Shown here piece by piece: positions 37,080-47,385 of a stretch of 64,000 nucleotides of DNA. The stretch is from Candidatus Nomurabacteria bacterium (lineage in GTDB: Bacteria; Patescibacteriota; Minisyncoccia; Phycocordibacterales; UBA10002): NCBI GenBank assembly GCA_943354745.1, contig CALRDB010000002.1, positions 3,679 through 67,678 of the forward strand, in the 5' to 3' direction. Position 1 is the stretch's first letter; each line of letters starts with the position of its first letter. Both the position numbers and the translations under genes were made by a program. A model generated the notes under the pieces. The model did no database searches. It saw nothing but the letters and a program-made list of their open reading frames with translations, and had not been told where the DNA came from.

Positions 37080-40016
37080 CTATGTACTACTTACTCTCTT
37101 GAGCTTGCACCACTCGCACTCAGCTTCATCGCAAAACTCGGTCATAATCCGGCCTGACCAGACTGAATCAATAAGCGACTGGATATCTTTCTTGAGCGTC
37201 TCAATATCAACATCGGTGATAGGAAGTGAGACGATACCGCACTTCCCTTTCTTATCGGGAATGACGAACACAAGAGATGGAACAATTTCCTTACCTTTAT
37301 ACTTCGGATCTCCGTGGAGAAGGTATTTGTAAAATGTGAGCTGTCTAAAATAACTACCATCGGAGGACTTAGTCTCTCCTTTAATCGCAGCAACCGTCAT
37401 TACCTCCTTAGTCTTATAGTCAAAGACGCGCACCGTATCTTCTATAACAAGAACCGCGTCGAGCTTGCCGTGAACGGGAATGGTCACAGCGTTCCCTTCA
37501 TACGTCCCCGAAAACTGTCCTTCACTCCAGCTTTCGGTGACCGCCTTCACTACTCCGAAATGGTTCTGCAGCTCGCGCGCGATTACGTTCGCCTCTTCAA
37601 ACAATTCCTTCTTCACCGCTTCTTTTTCGAAAATGGGAAGTAGTGAACGGCTAAGGTACGAAGAAACAGAATCTTTAAAAACATGTTCAATGTGTTCGAC
37701 GCTTCGGTCGGTATCCGCCCAGATATACGCAAACGCTTCGTGTACTGCAGTTCCTTTCTCCGCACTCGCTGCAGGAGCCTGAGGAATCTTGAGAATACTT
37801 TGATACACGAAAGAGCTTGGACACGTAAGAAAGTGGTTCAATGCGGTCACCGACAGTCCTTTTTCTAGCAAAATTGTTTTCGCAAGATCAACTATTTTTT
37901 CTCCTTTTCTATTTCGTACGTTCGTCTCTTGTTCGTAGTTCGTAGCAAGGGAAGGTGTCTCTACGATCGGCATGGGGGCAGAAATACGCTGTACACATTT
38001 TGGATCAAGCTCATCGATAAACCGTAATGGGGTTTCCACTTTCCCACCCGCTATTTCCTCTGGAACAAGGAGTACCGCATGTTTCTTTGCGCGAGTCAAG
38101 GCGACATAGAAGAGCCTCCGTGCGTCACGGGTTGCGTCTTCGTCATCTTTCGCTTTCTCTGGGAGTACGAAATACACGCCTCGTGCTCGGCCCATCCACG
38201 AACTTTCGGTCACAAAGGGGATAAAGACGTACTCAAACTCAAGTCCTTTGCTTCCATGAGCCGTCATTGCCCTCACCTGTAGCTCAGGAGAACCAACACT
38301 CACCTTCACGCTCCTCTCTTCCGCTGAGGCCTTATACGAGCGAAGCTTCCGAAGAAGTTCTTGGGTGTCCTGAATATCACCCTCTCGTATAAGATATTCA
38401 GCAAGTTCTGTAATACCGCGCCACACTTCCATAGCGGAAGGATCCCTGATGGCGAGTTTTACGAATCCCGATATTTCAGCTGCGAACATGATATAGGCAA
38501 GAGCTCCATCGCTCGACAGTTTATTTTGAAGATGACGAAGTGCGGGAATCTTTTCCACAACTCCTTGCCTACCGCTCCGCAATGCTCGAATACACTCTAC
38601 ACCTCCCTCAAACGGAAGATCCCAGAGTCCCACAGCGATAGTCTTCGCAAGCGCCTCAACGTTTGTCGTGTCCGATAGATATTCGATAAGGGTGAAAAAA
38701 AGATTTCCGATGGGGTGATTAAAGATGTTTACTTTCCGCTCAGAAGAAACAGGAACGTGCTTTGACTCTAAAAAACGAATCACTCGTTCAAGGTCGCGAT
38801 TTGTCTTGGTAATGATCGCCACCGTACTCCCGCTCTCTTGTGCAAGAATCTTCTGAATCTCTTGTGCAAGATATTCGAGCGTGGCGGATTCCTTCCCTCC
38901 AACAAGATCAATAGGCCGGACGGCTTCACTCCCCGACGCAGACAGCCGTATACGGAGATGTGTATTTTCTCCGTCTTCATAGTTATGTTCGATCATGGAA
39001 AATGCCCCATCGAGTAGATGTTGGTGTGATCGATAATTTTTCTCGAGTGCAATAATCTTCATATCCTTCCATGCATTTTTGAATGTACGGAAGTTTTCAA
39101 CCGATGCCCCCTGAAAGCGGTAGATCGCCTGTTTTTCATCTCCAACAACGAAGAGGTTTGGTGATGTAAAGAAATCAGCCAAAAGACGAATGAGCAGGTT
39201 CTGCGAATCGTTGGTGTCTTGATGTTCATCTACAAGCAGATAGAGAAACTTTTCCTGCAAAAGACGAAGGAGAAGCGTGTCTTTTTGAAGCGTGGTTAAT
39301 AGTTCTATAATGAGGTCGTCAAAGTCGATACGCCGTTCTTCCCTCTTTCGTTGTTCATATCCCGCATACACATCAGCAAACAACACTGTCCGTTCACACT
39401 TCTCGATCTGTTTTTCCGCATCTGCTTTTAGTTTCCCTTTCGTAGCGCCACGGGTTGACATAGATTCCGGATCAGCCTTGATGTGCTTGATCTGTTCTTT
39501 CGCAAACACGCGAATCATATCGGGTGAAAGTGCTTCGCGTTTGGCGTCGCTTATCGCACCAAGTATTTTCTGCACGTAAAAATCAGGATTACCAAAAGGA
39601 CGAAGTGATGAAAACGATTCATCCTTTAAAATTGAACGAATAAGACTTTCAGCATCGATATCGGTCATCTGTGTCGTTCTGTCCAATTGCGTGAAATGGT
39701 CTTTGTGCTCCGCGATAACAGACGCCGCAAATCCATGGAAAGTATGTAAATGCACTTCATCAGCACGCGACCCCATGAGTGCGCGAAGTTTCTGGCGCAT
39801 CGCCTTCACTCCCGCTTCGGTAAAGGTGATAGCCAAAATGCCCGATGGGGGCGTATCGGTCTTACGGAGAATCTGCGCGATACGAAGCGTCAGTACTGTC
39901 GTCTTCCCTGTCCCCGGCCCCGCTATGACCATGACAGGGCCGTCGATAGTATCGACAGCCTCCCTTTGTTTCGAGTTCAACTGCTTGTACTGAGCATTAA
40001 ATACATCTTCGGACAT
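37080..40016 (-). CDS. UvrD/PcrA/AddA-type ATP-dependent helicase fused to C-terminal PD-(D/E)xK nuclease with 4-Cys cluster
   Basis: Walker A AGPGTGKT; UvrD motifs; C-terminal HGKLDAVLVIEDTVRVFDYKT and CDEAECEWC; ORF-track start is GTG, ATG at MSEDVF. Confidence 0.8.
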   Translation of the reverse strand: MSEDVFNAQYKQLNSKQREAVDTIDGPVMVIAGPGTGKTTVLTLRIAQILRKTDTPPSGILAITFTEAGVKAMRQKLRALMGSRADEVHLHTFHGFAASVIAEHKDHFTQLDRTTQMTDIDAESLIRSILKDESFSSLRPFGNPDFYVQKILGAISDAKREALSPDMIRVFAKEQIKHIKADPESMSTRGATKGKLKADAEKQIEKCERTVLFADVYAGYEQRKREERRIDFDDLIIELLTTLQKDTLLLRLLQEKFLYLLVDEHQDTNDSQNLLIRLLADFFTSPNLFVVGDEKQAIYRFQGASVENFRTFKNAWKDMKIIALEKNYRSHQHLLDGAFSMIEHNYEDGENTHLRIRLSASGSEAVRPIDLVGGKESATLEYLAQEIQKILAQESGSTVAIITKTNRDLERVIRFLESKHVPVSSERKVNIFNHPIGNLFFTLIEYLSDTTNVEALAKTIAVGLWDLPFEGGVECIRALRSGRQGVVEKIPALRHLQNKLSSDGALAYIMFAAEISGFVKLAIRDPSAMEVWRGITELAEYLIREGDIQDTQELLRKLRSYKASAEERSVKVSVGSPELQVRAMTAHGSKGLEFEYVFIPFVTESSWMGRARGVYFVLPEKAKDDEDATRDARRLFYVALTRAKKHAVLLVPEEIAGGKVETPLRFIDELDPKCVQRISAPMPIVETPSLATNYEQETNVRNRKGEKIVDLAKTILLEKGLSVTALNHFLTCPSSFVYQSILKIPQAPAASAEKGTAVHEAFAYIWADTDRSVEHIEHVFKDSVSSYLSRSLLPIFEKEAVKKELFEEANVIARELQNHFGVVKAVTESWSEGQFSGTYEGNAVTIPVHGKLDAVLVIEDTVRVFDYKTKEVMTVAAIKGETKSSDGSYFRQLTFYKYLLHGDPKYKGKEIVPSLVFVIPDKKGKCGIVSLPITDVDIETLKKDIQSLIDSVWSGRIMTEFCDEAECEWCKLKRVSST

Positions 40017-40115
40017 GCACGTAGTATAGCAAATGCGAAAAAACCGGCTCTTCACCGGTTTTTTCTTATTCCGTGTCAGTTCCGCGTTGGCTTCGTTCTG
40101 TCTCGTTCCGTGATT

Positions 40116-41315
40116 TTAATAGCCCTGCAACTTTTTCGACTTCTTATGCTGGCGGATTTTTTCGTGAGCTTTCGCTTCGATTTGGCGGATACGTTCGCGA
40201 GTCACGCCGAATTTTTGTCCCACTTCTTCGAGTGTGTGCGTGACACCGTCGAGGAGGCCATGCCGAAGCTCTAGAATCTTTCGCTCTTTTTCTGAAAGGT
40301 CGCCGAGAATTTCCTTCACTTGGTCTCCGAGGATACGGCGGGACGATTCCTGGTCGGGAGAAAGTATCTTGTCATCATGTAAAAAGTCTCCGAGTGTTGA
40401 CTTGCCGTCGTCGCCCTCATCGCCGACTGGCGATTCCAGCGAAACGGTATCTTGGTCAATTTTTTCAATCTGGTACACCTTGTCCGTCTCAATACCCATC
40501 TCGATACCGATTTCTTCCGGAAGCGGGTCGCGGCCGAGATCTTGTGAAAGTCGTCTCACGACTTGCTTGTACTTAGCGATAGTCTCCACCATATGGACCG
40601 GCACGCGAATAGTGCGGGATTGATCGGCGAGTGCGCGAGTAATCGCTTGGCGGATCCACCACGTAGCATACGTTGAAAATTTATACCCCTTGGTCCAGTC
40701 GAATTTGTCGACAGCCTTAAAGAGACCTAAGTTCCCTTCTTGAATGAGATCGAGGAGTGTGAGGTCAGGCGAGCGTCCCACGTATTTTTTAGCAATCGAA
40801 ACAACCAAACGGAGGTTCGCTCGAGCAAGAAGATTTTTGGCTTCCATGTCTCCCGCCTGAATGCGCTTCGCGAGCTCTTTTTCGTCTTTGGCGTTGATGA
40901 GGGGGTATTGTCCGATTTCCTTGAGGTACATCTGAATCGAATCATAGGATCCTTCACTACTCTTGCCGAGGTAGACATTTTTCTTTCCATGCGGTTCCGC
41001 GACTTCTTTCTCAAGCATTCCACCACCTTCGAGTACGTCAATACCCGCTGTTTGGAATTTGGAGTAAAGTTCATCGAGGAACATGATGTCCTCTTCGATG
41101 GTAGGAAATTCTTTCAAAATGTCGTTATAGGTGATGAACCCGCGATTCTTACCCTTTGCGACAAGACGATCAGCACGTATATCACGCTCCTTACCTTTAG
41201 CCATTTTCTCGACAGGTTTTGATGCAACCTTACTCTTTATAGGCTTCTTTTTTGGAGCAACCTTTGCTTTAATGGCTTTTTTCTTCTTTTTGAGGTCTTT
41301 TTTCGCTTTTGACAT
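40116..41315 (-). CDS. rpoD: RNA polymerase sigma factor RpoD (sigma-70)
   Basis: Region 2 [17 protein letters not shown]…[10 protein letters not shown]; region 4; ORF-track start is TTG at 41387, ATG at 41315. Confidence 0.88.
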   Translation of the reverse strand: MSKAKKDLKKKKKAIKAKVAPKKKPIKSKVASKPVEKMAKGKERDIRADRLVAKGKNRGFITYNDILKEFPTIEEDIMFLDELYSKFQTAGIDVLEGGGMLEKEVAEPHGKKNVYLGKSSEGSYDSIQMYLKEIGQYPLINAKDEKELAKRIQAGDMEAKNLLARANLRLVVSIAKKYVGRSPDLTLLDLIQEGNLGLFKAVDKFDWTKGYKFSTYATWWIRQAITRALADQSRTIRVPVHMVETIAKYKQVVRRLSQDLGRDPLPEEIGIEMGIETDKVYQIEKIDQDTVSLESPVGDEGDDGKSTLGDFLHDDKILSPDQESSRRILGDQVKEILGDLSEKERKILELRHGLLDGVTHTLEEVGQKFGVTRERIRQIEAKAHEKIRQHKKSKKLQGY

Positions 41316-41387
41316 AGTGGCGATAGTATATCTTAAATAGCGGTAACTGCAACCGTCCGAACATACGAAGAAAAGAGTGGGTTCCAA

Positions 41388-42010
41388 AGAACCTGGGGCT
41401 GCTTAAAAAATGTAAGAAAAAAGCGACTTGAGATGCTACCCAAGTCGCTCGACACAATGCGGTACACTACTCGACCCGACCCAACTCCGCAAAACCATGA
41501 GTGACTAAACCGCAATCGCCAAACGCTCGCGAACGAGCGTTTGGCCCCAAGCAAAGGACGTGATACCGCACCGGACACCACTCAACACGACCGCGGATTG
41601 ACATAATTGCCATGCCTCCGTAAACGAAAGCACGGCCCCGTACCGTAGAACTCAGTGCAGAACAACTGGACACGAAGCCCGAGCCCACCATGCTGTGCCA
41701 TACCTAAATGTGTCAGCCGATTCGAAAATCGACTGACACCCGAACGCTACAAATGAACAGAGGACAAAACAAGACCCTGCAAAACAATACGGCAATCGCA
41801 CTCCAACCGAAGTCGGAGTGCTCCAAGCTGTAACGCTCCGGACCCTGCAACACTTGACGATACCGGACATGACCGCAGAATACACCACCGAAATAAACGG
41901 GAGGTGAAATCCACCTCCCGTTCCCAGACAGGACACAAACGTACAATGCATAACCCTACTGAACCTTACCGAACTGGACCGAAATATTCCGCACCTGCTT
42001 CCAAGTTTGG
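41388..42010. other. CA-skewed hairpin-dense noncoding block A
   Basis: + strand about 63% A+C; perfect hairpins e.g. ccaaacgctcgcgaacgagcgtttgg, cgggaggtgaaatccacctcccg, gtgtcagccgattcgaaaatcgactgacac; ORF track shows only short overlapping two-strand ORFs. Confidence 0.7.
41415..41450 (-). terminator. Rho-independent terminator (minus-strand sense) immediately upstream of rpoD
   Basis: + strand gaaaaaagcgacttgagatgctacccaagtcgc; minus strand gives 8-bp stem followed by U6. Confidence 0.6.
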
Positions 42011-42017
42011 ACCCGGA

Positions 42018-42659
42018 CTATTCACCTGCATATCCTTTCGGTTGCTCCGTCCACTGCCAGCTCACTGCCTCGAACTTCCCGTACGCGCCCCGTTGCTCGG
42101 CCGAGAAGAGACCTATCCCGATATCGCGCCCCGCACTGCCGACGAGCCTCTGGATAATCTTCTCATTAAGCGGCGCCGAGAATGAGATGAGCGCCTCACA
42201 TGACCAGTCGTCAAACTGGGGGCAACGAACGATGCCCATCTCGCGTGAGTTCGGCCTCGCGTGACGATTGCGGGAGTACACACTCCAACCGGAAGTGCTC
42301 GAGAGTATGAGATATCCTCCGATGATGCAGTATTGACTCACCTGATCCACGAAGTGGCCACTATGCCTATCCTGATACGGCCATGCCGCCATGCGAACCG
42401 CGTGCTTCAGCCACCTGCCTGGCACCGCGATACACCCACTGCGAGTGTCGCGGACAAGCAAGTCAGCTAAAGGTTGCTTTGAGATCTTGATGATCTGTTC
42501 ACGCCTGGTATGGTCCGTTATCGGATGCATAAGAAGCGGTGTGACTCCCCGTAGGTGAACGAGGAGGTATTTCTTTGATATCGGTGCCGGTAGCTTCATA
42601 ACGGAGCTCCGAACCGCGTTGGGAACTGGCATTTCTGCCATAACTGTTTTTGTGTTCAT
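42018..42659 (-). CDS. Hypothetical protein (orphan ORF embedded in noncoding island)
   Basis: 213-aa ORF with normal base composition flanked by CA-skewed DNA; no recognised domain. Confidence 0.45.
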   Translation of the reverse strand: MNTKTVMAEMPVPNAVRSSVMKLPAPISKKYLLVHLRGVTPLLMHPITDHTRREQIIKISKQPLADLLVRDTRSGCIAVPGRWLKHAVRMAAWPYQDRHSGHFVDQVSQYCIIGGYLILSSTSGWSVYSRNRHARPNSREMGIVRCPQFDDWSCEALISFSAPLNEKIIQRLVGSAGRDIGIGLFSAEQRGAYGKFEAVSWQWTEQPKGYAGE

Positions 42660-43639
42660 AAATCAATGATCTGTCCAAAACCAACATGCAGAATAACACG
42701 TTTATATAAATACGTCAACTTTCGTATAAAAAGGCGCCATCCGAAGCCGGACAGCGCCATATGATCCAAACACCGGCGAGCATTGCAACGCGATACTATT
42801 CAGAACGCTAACTAACACAAGAGCAATTTCCCGCTCCGATGTAGCATCGGAGCGGGACCCGCAACAGAAGTAACCGCACTCCGGAATACCTTGCGATACA
42901 GAGCCTAGCCCCGCCGGACCGAAATTGCCACCCGTCTTCGAAAAAACGGGTGGCCACGGACCGTACCCGGTTCTACCCGACAGGACATTAGAGTACACAA
43001 CAAGAACCAACACCACCAGAATTTCCTGCCAGCCGTAACCGGCTGACAGGACCCGGACGCTACTCGAGAGTTCAGGACAGGACCTGACTGGACAGAAACG
43101 CGCGTAACCGTAATTCCAGGCCTCTGCGTGCAGAGACCTGGTCCGTGCAAAACAGCGGAATGCACTGGCGGACAGAACAGTATCGAACCGAACCGTACTA
43201 TAGGCTAACAGGAACTTAATTCCCCAAACTCCCTCATCGAGAGTTTGGGTCCGAGCTTCACGGGACATTGCGACACGATGCGACTGCTAGACGCATCTTT
43301 CCAGAAATTCCTATCCTCCCGAGAGAGGTAGGATCCGAACAAAAAAATCTTCTGACGCACAAGACCAGACCTGACTGTAACTGAGACGGCACAAACGCAA
43401 CTGTCGAGTCCTTGTAGTAAGGACTCGACCCTGACCATGCACAACTCCACAACGCCAGACCGAACGGGACAGGGACTAAGCATACTTTTGCGCAATTTCC
43501 TGTCCGTTCTAACGAATGAACAGGACCCACACTCAACCTCACCCAACAGAACATTTGAGAGCGACGACGCAGAATACCTTACCATAGTGAACAGTTACGC
43601 CGAAGCGTACCTGCTGTTTTTCAATGCTCAAATGCTAAC

Positions 43640-43702
43640 TGCAAAGTAACACGAAAATCTATTTTAGGCAAGAAAAAGGCGTCCCGAACGAATCGAGACG
43701 CC
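43640..43702 (-). promoter_or_regulatory. Terminator (43672-43702) plus conserved 20-nt motif TGCAAAGTAACACGAAAAT (43640-43658), module copy 1
   Basis: Minus strand: GGCGUCUCGAUUCGUUCGGGACGCC-UUUUUCUU followed by UAGAUUUUCGUGUUACUUUGCA. Confidence 0.55.
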
Positions 43703-45276
43703 AGCCATAAAGAAGACAAGCCCTGGGCACGGTGCGGAACAATACCTCACCGAGCATAACCTTAATTTGAGTGCTCCGACACATCGAAGCACTCACCCTA
43801 CCGCGGACTTGCATACGAGAAGAAACCCAACCTTGCTAGTGAGTACCGAACCCAAAAGAACCACTGTGTGCGACACCGTATCTACCGATGCCTGGCAAGG
43901 CAGGCATCGGTCCTACACCCTACCGCTCTCTACCCCATGGTACCTAACACCACTGAACACTACATCATCGAAACGAAGTCTGAACGCCGATTGAGAATCG
44001 GCGTTCACCCGTACCGAACCATACCTTGCAACAATCCACAGAACTGAAACGCGCAGCAGATGACAGGACCGAAATTTGTCGTCCCGATTTGTTCATCGGG
44101 ACGACATCCGTACTCTGCGACACCGGTCATTACCTGACAGGTGCACACGCTACGTTACAGGACCATAATGTGCTATCTCGATGAAGCATCGAGATAGCAT
44201 CCGCACCACTATTGGCCGGACAATAAGATACTCTGCAACACCCGAGAATTGAGATCCATAATTTCACCGTCCCAATAGTACATCGGGACGGTGACCCAAC
44301 AAAACCATACCTGACAGGACACCGCGATACTGCAGAACACAGGAGAGGACACTGACTTACCGTAACTTCCCAGACCCTCGCAAGCGAAGGTCTGGGACCC
44401 AACCATACCGGATAACGCCGGACAACGCGCCACTCTACTACACCTGAACGCAATCGCCCATCCCGATCTTAATCGGAATGGGCTCCGAGAAAAACCGTAC
44501 CGTAGAATACACTGCCTTAACACACGAAACGGTGACATACGGAACCGCATTATTCTGCTTCAACCGAAGTCAAAGCAGAACCCACACCGGACATGAATTC
44601 ACCGTACAACACCCTACCCCACTTAAGATGACAAGAGAGCGATAGGTCGCCCTGACCGAAACCAGAGCAACCCCCTACAGAACAGCGCATCGCCACAGGA
44701 TTGCACGCGCTACATAACCAAGCCGGAGCGCAAAGGCTGTCCCGATCGAAATCGGGACGGTCCCGAAGCAAACGGCACGTTTGCGCACACTTGATTACAG
44801 AACTTGAATGCAACATGCTGAACTGAGGCACTGCGTATATACCGCTCCGACCGAAGTCGAAGCGGCTTCGCACGCTACGCTACCGTGCGGGACACAAACA
44901 GACGTTACACCACTCTACGTAACCGCGATACATCACGCGCTCACTGAGCGCGTGATGCCCCCCGCCGCACCAAGCGACACTAAACCCCGACGGACAGAGG
45001 CTATCCTGAACGTGCCACAACTGTCATGCACCGTGAGATGCATGACATCAGCGACAAGCATTACCAGGCCTGACAGAGACACGCCTTGCAGTACGTTTCC
45101 TAGCCTGACCTAATCCTGCGAAACCAGAATTTACCACCCCGACCAGAGTCGGGGTGGTACCCGAGGAAAGCATTAGCTGACCTGACATAAAGACGGAAAG
45201 CCCCACCTATGCTTACTGGGCCGAACGCTACCAAATTTAACTCATTTTCAGTTGACAATGAGCTACTAACGAATTT

Positions 45277-45356
45277 CAAAGTAACACGAAAATAGAGATA
45301 ACGCAAGATTCGCAATCCTGCAAGAAAAAAGGCGTTTTGAGAAAACTCAAGACGCC
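45277..45356 (-). promoter_or_regulatory. Terminator (45325-45356) plus conserved motif CAAAGTAACACGAAAAT (45277-45293), module copy 2; terminates helicase gene
   Basis: Minus strand: GGCGUCUUGAGUUUUCUCAAAACGCC-UUUUUUCUU then …CUAUUUUCGUGUUACUUUG. Confidence 0.55.
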
Positions 45357-45378
45357 GTCGATTGACCTGCAATGGAGA

Positions 45379-47214
45379 TTACTTTCCAAACATCCGCTTC
45401 ACCTCCGCTACCGCCTCGGCGAAGCTTTTGCCACCGTCGTAGTATTGGCGAAGCCCTTCAGAGAGCCGTGGCCAAACGATCTTCCGAAACTGCTGTGAGA
45501 TAAATATGATAGCCCCTTTATCCTTCGGACTCCGAATGTTCCGCCCCATGTGCTGAAGTGACTTGATCCCCACGCGCCATTGTTCAAGTTTGAAATGAGT
45601 GCTTTCACCCCACTTCCTCACCTCGAACACACTTGCTGGATCATCCGGCCTGCTGTATCCAGGACGAAGATCGAAGATGACCGGCGCGAGGCCGTCAGGA
45701 AGATCGAGCCCTTGCCCGAAGTTCGTTTCCGTACCGACCAGAGTCATACCGAGACCATCTTTGAACTCCTGCGCGGCAGTCCGAGCCATTCGTTCACCGC
45801 CATAGCTCACAGTGTCGAGACCCAGATTCGTCGAGTGAACCAAGAATTGATCACGCTCATCGTTTGAGACGACAATGACCAGACTCCGAATCCCCATGTC
45901 CGCCCACTCCTTGCACGCCTTGACCATGCTCTTGAGCGCTTTCTTCAGATCATCGGGCTTCCGGTTCTTCGTTGAGAGGTCCGGCGTATCGGACGGCATG
46001 AAGATCTTGGCGTTCTGTGGAGGAAAGCTTGACGGAAGCGAGAGAAACTCTCCTTCTTCCATTCCGGTTTCCCAACCGAACGTGTCTTTATCCCCGACAG
46101 TAGCCGAGAAGGCCGCGTACTCTTCGCCCAGTATTGAGCGGATGATAGGCGCCACTGTGTGTGCCTTAATCACCAGCTTATGCTGAACGCGCTTACCCTC
46201 CGCGAGTTCCTGCTGATGAAAGGCGTAGCTGTAGTTCATCCTTTTCCGTTTCAACGTGTCGAGCGAATACTCGAACGAGTGAATGTACCGGCGGATATCC
46301 CGCACCAGCACCTCCACTTGGCGAAGTGTTAGGGCCTCTTCCACTTCATCGACGGCCCCTTCACCTATTGCTTTGATGAGCTTATCTCCCAGCCTCGCCG
46401 GATTAATCGCTTCAAGCAGACCCATGAGCTCGAGGATTTCTCCATCCTCAATGATGGTCGGCTTCCACGCAGCCTTCTTCTTAACGATGTCAATCATGCG
46501 TTTCTGAAACTTCGCGAGAAGATCCGTCTCATCGACCTCAAGTCTCTCGAGTAGTTTGACGGCTCGACCGAGGTGATAGTCACTAATCTCGTAAGAGAGC
46601 GTGCGACGAACCACGTCGCCCATTAGGTGCGCTTCGTCAATGACGAGCACCTTCGGCTTCTCCCACCGCTTCGTGAAAAGCTGAGAGAAGAGATAATACG
46701 CAAAGGTGCAGAGCACGATTGGCGCGTTCATAGCCTTGTGGGTGAAGTGATAGTACTGACAGCGCTCCGCGTCCTTCTCGTGCGTCTCCCCCGTTTTGAG
46801 GTTGACGCGATGCGGACAGTTCCGCAGGAAAGAGCAGGCGATTTCATCCGCGCGATATTGAACATCTTCCGGCTTGGTCTCAAGCGAGAATCGTTCATCC
46901 GCGTTGTCCTCGTAGTAGTAGCACGGGAAATCATGTTTACCCACCACGATGGCGAGGTCGAGATATTCCCGATAAATCTGCTGGAGGATGGTCTTGTTCG
47001 GCGTGATGAGAAACAGCGGTTTCTTGCCCGCGTTTGCCGCGGCCTTCAGAATGGCATACTCGACGGCAGTCTTGCCGTGGCCGGTCGGCATCTCAATGAT
47101 GGACTTCGGATGCTGTGCCCAGAATTCGAGAACCTGCCGCTGTTGCGGGCGCATAACGCTGTGCTTCTCTGACGGAAATGCCGAACAGAGTTCGGCAAAG
47201 GTTTGTCTGCTCAT
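45379..47214 (-). CDS. DinG/XPD (Rad3)-family ATP-dependent DNA helicase with Fe-S domain
   Basis: Walker A EMPTGHGKT, DEAH box VIDEAHLM, four Cys between motifs I and II; ORF-track start TTG at 47256, ATG at 47214. Confidence 0.75.
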   Translation of the reverse strand: MSRQTFAELCSAFPSEKHSVMRPQQRQVLEFWAQHPKSIIEMPTGHGKTAVEYAILKAAANAGKKPLFLITPNKTILQQIYREYLDLAIVVGKHDFPCYYYEDNADERFSLETKPEDVQYRADEIACSFLRNCPHRVNLKTGETHEKDAERCQYYHFTHKAMNAPIVLCTFAYYLFSQLFTKRWEKPKVLVIDEAHLMGDVVRRTLSYEISDYHLGRAVKLLERLEVDETDLLAKFQKRMIDIVKKKAAWKPTIIEDGEILELMGLLEAINPARLGDKLIKAIGEGAVDEVEEALTLRQVEVLVRDIRRYIHSFEYSLDTLKRKRMNYSYAFHQQELAEGKRVQHKLVIKAHTVAPIIRSILGEEYAAFSATVGDKDTFGWETGMEEGEFLSLPSSFPPQNAKIFMPSDTPDLSTKNRKPDDLKKALKSMVKACKEWADMGIRSLVIVVSNDERDQFLVHSTNLGLDTVSYGGERMARTAAQEFKDGLGMTLVGTETNFGQGLDLPDGLAPVIFDLRPGYSRPDDPASVFEVRKWGESTHFKLEQWRVGIKSLQHMGRNIRSPKDKGAIIFISQQFRKIVWPRLSEGLRQYYDGGKSFAEAVAEVKRMFGK

Positions 47215-47356
47215 AATCAGTCTTCGGATGTTTGATGTTTGGTGTTCCCTTGTCAAAATCCACTCCCGAAGGAGTGAACTGGAGTCTTAGCCCCGTGCTA
47301 ATCCTCGACGCACACTAACAGGATTTCTCGTCTACGTCAAGGTTTGGTTACGGGTC

Positions 47357-47385
47357 TGTCATTCCCTTGGAAAAGGGAATTCAGT
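47357..47385 (+). repeat. Hairpin repeat family copy f
   Basis: ctgtcattcccttggaaaagggaattcagtg. Confidence 0.65.

Larger units (their letters stand above)
42665..45375. other. CA-skewed hairpin-dense noncoding block B
   Basis: 2.7 kb, no credible ORF; dozens of unique 7-12-bp hairpins (gctatctcgatgaagcatcgagatagc, gcccatcccgatcttaatcggaatgggc, accccgaccagagtcggggt, gtcccgatcgaaatcgggac, etc.). Confidence 0.7.

Noticed and set aside
41652-45372. Many 60–190-aa ORFs in the track within the island (e.g. 42702..43268, 43205..43585, 44130..44550, 45100..45372)
   Set aside because: Mutually overlapping on both strands, extreme amino-acid bias, no domains. They are artefacts of skewed noncoding sequence.
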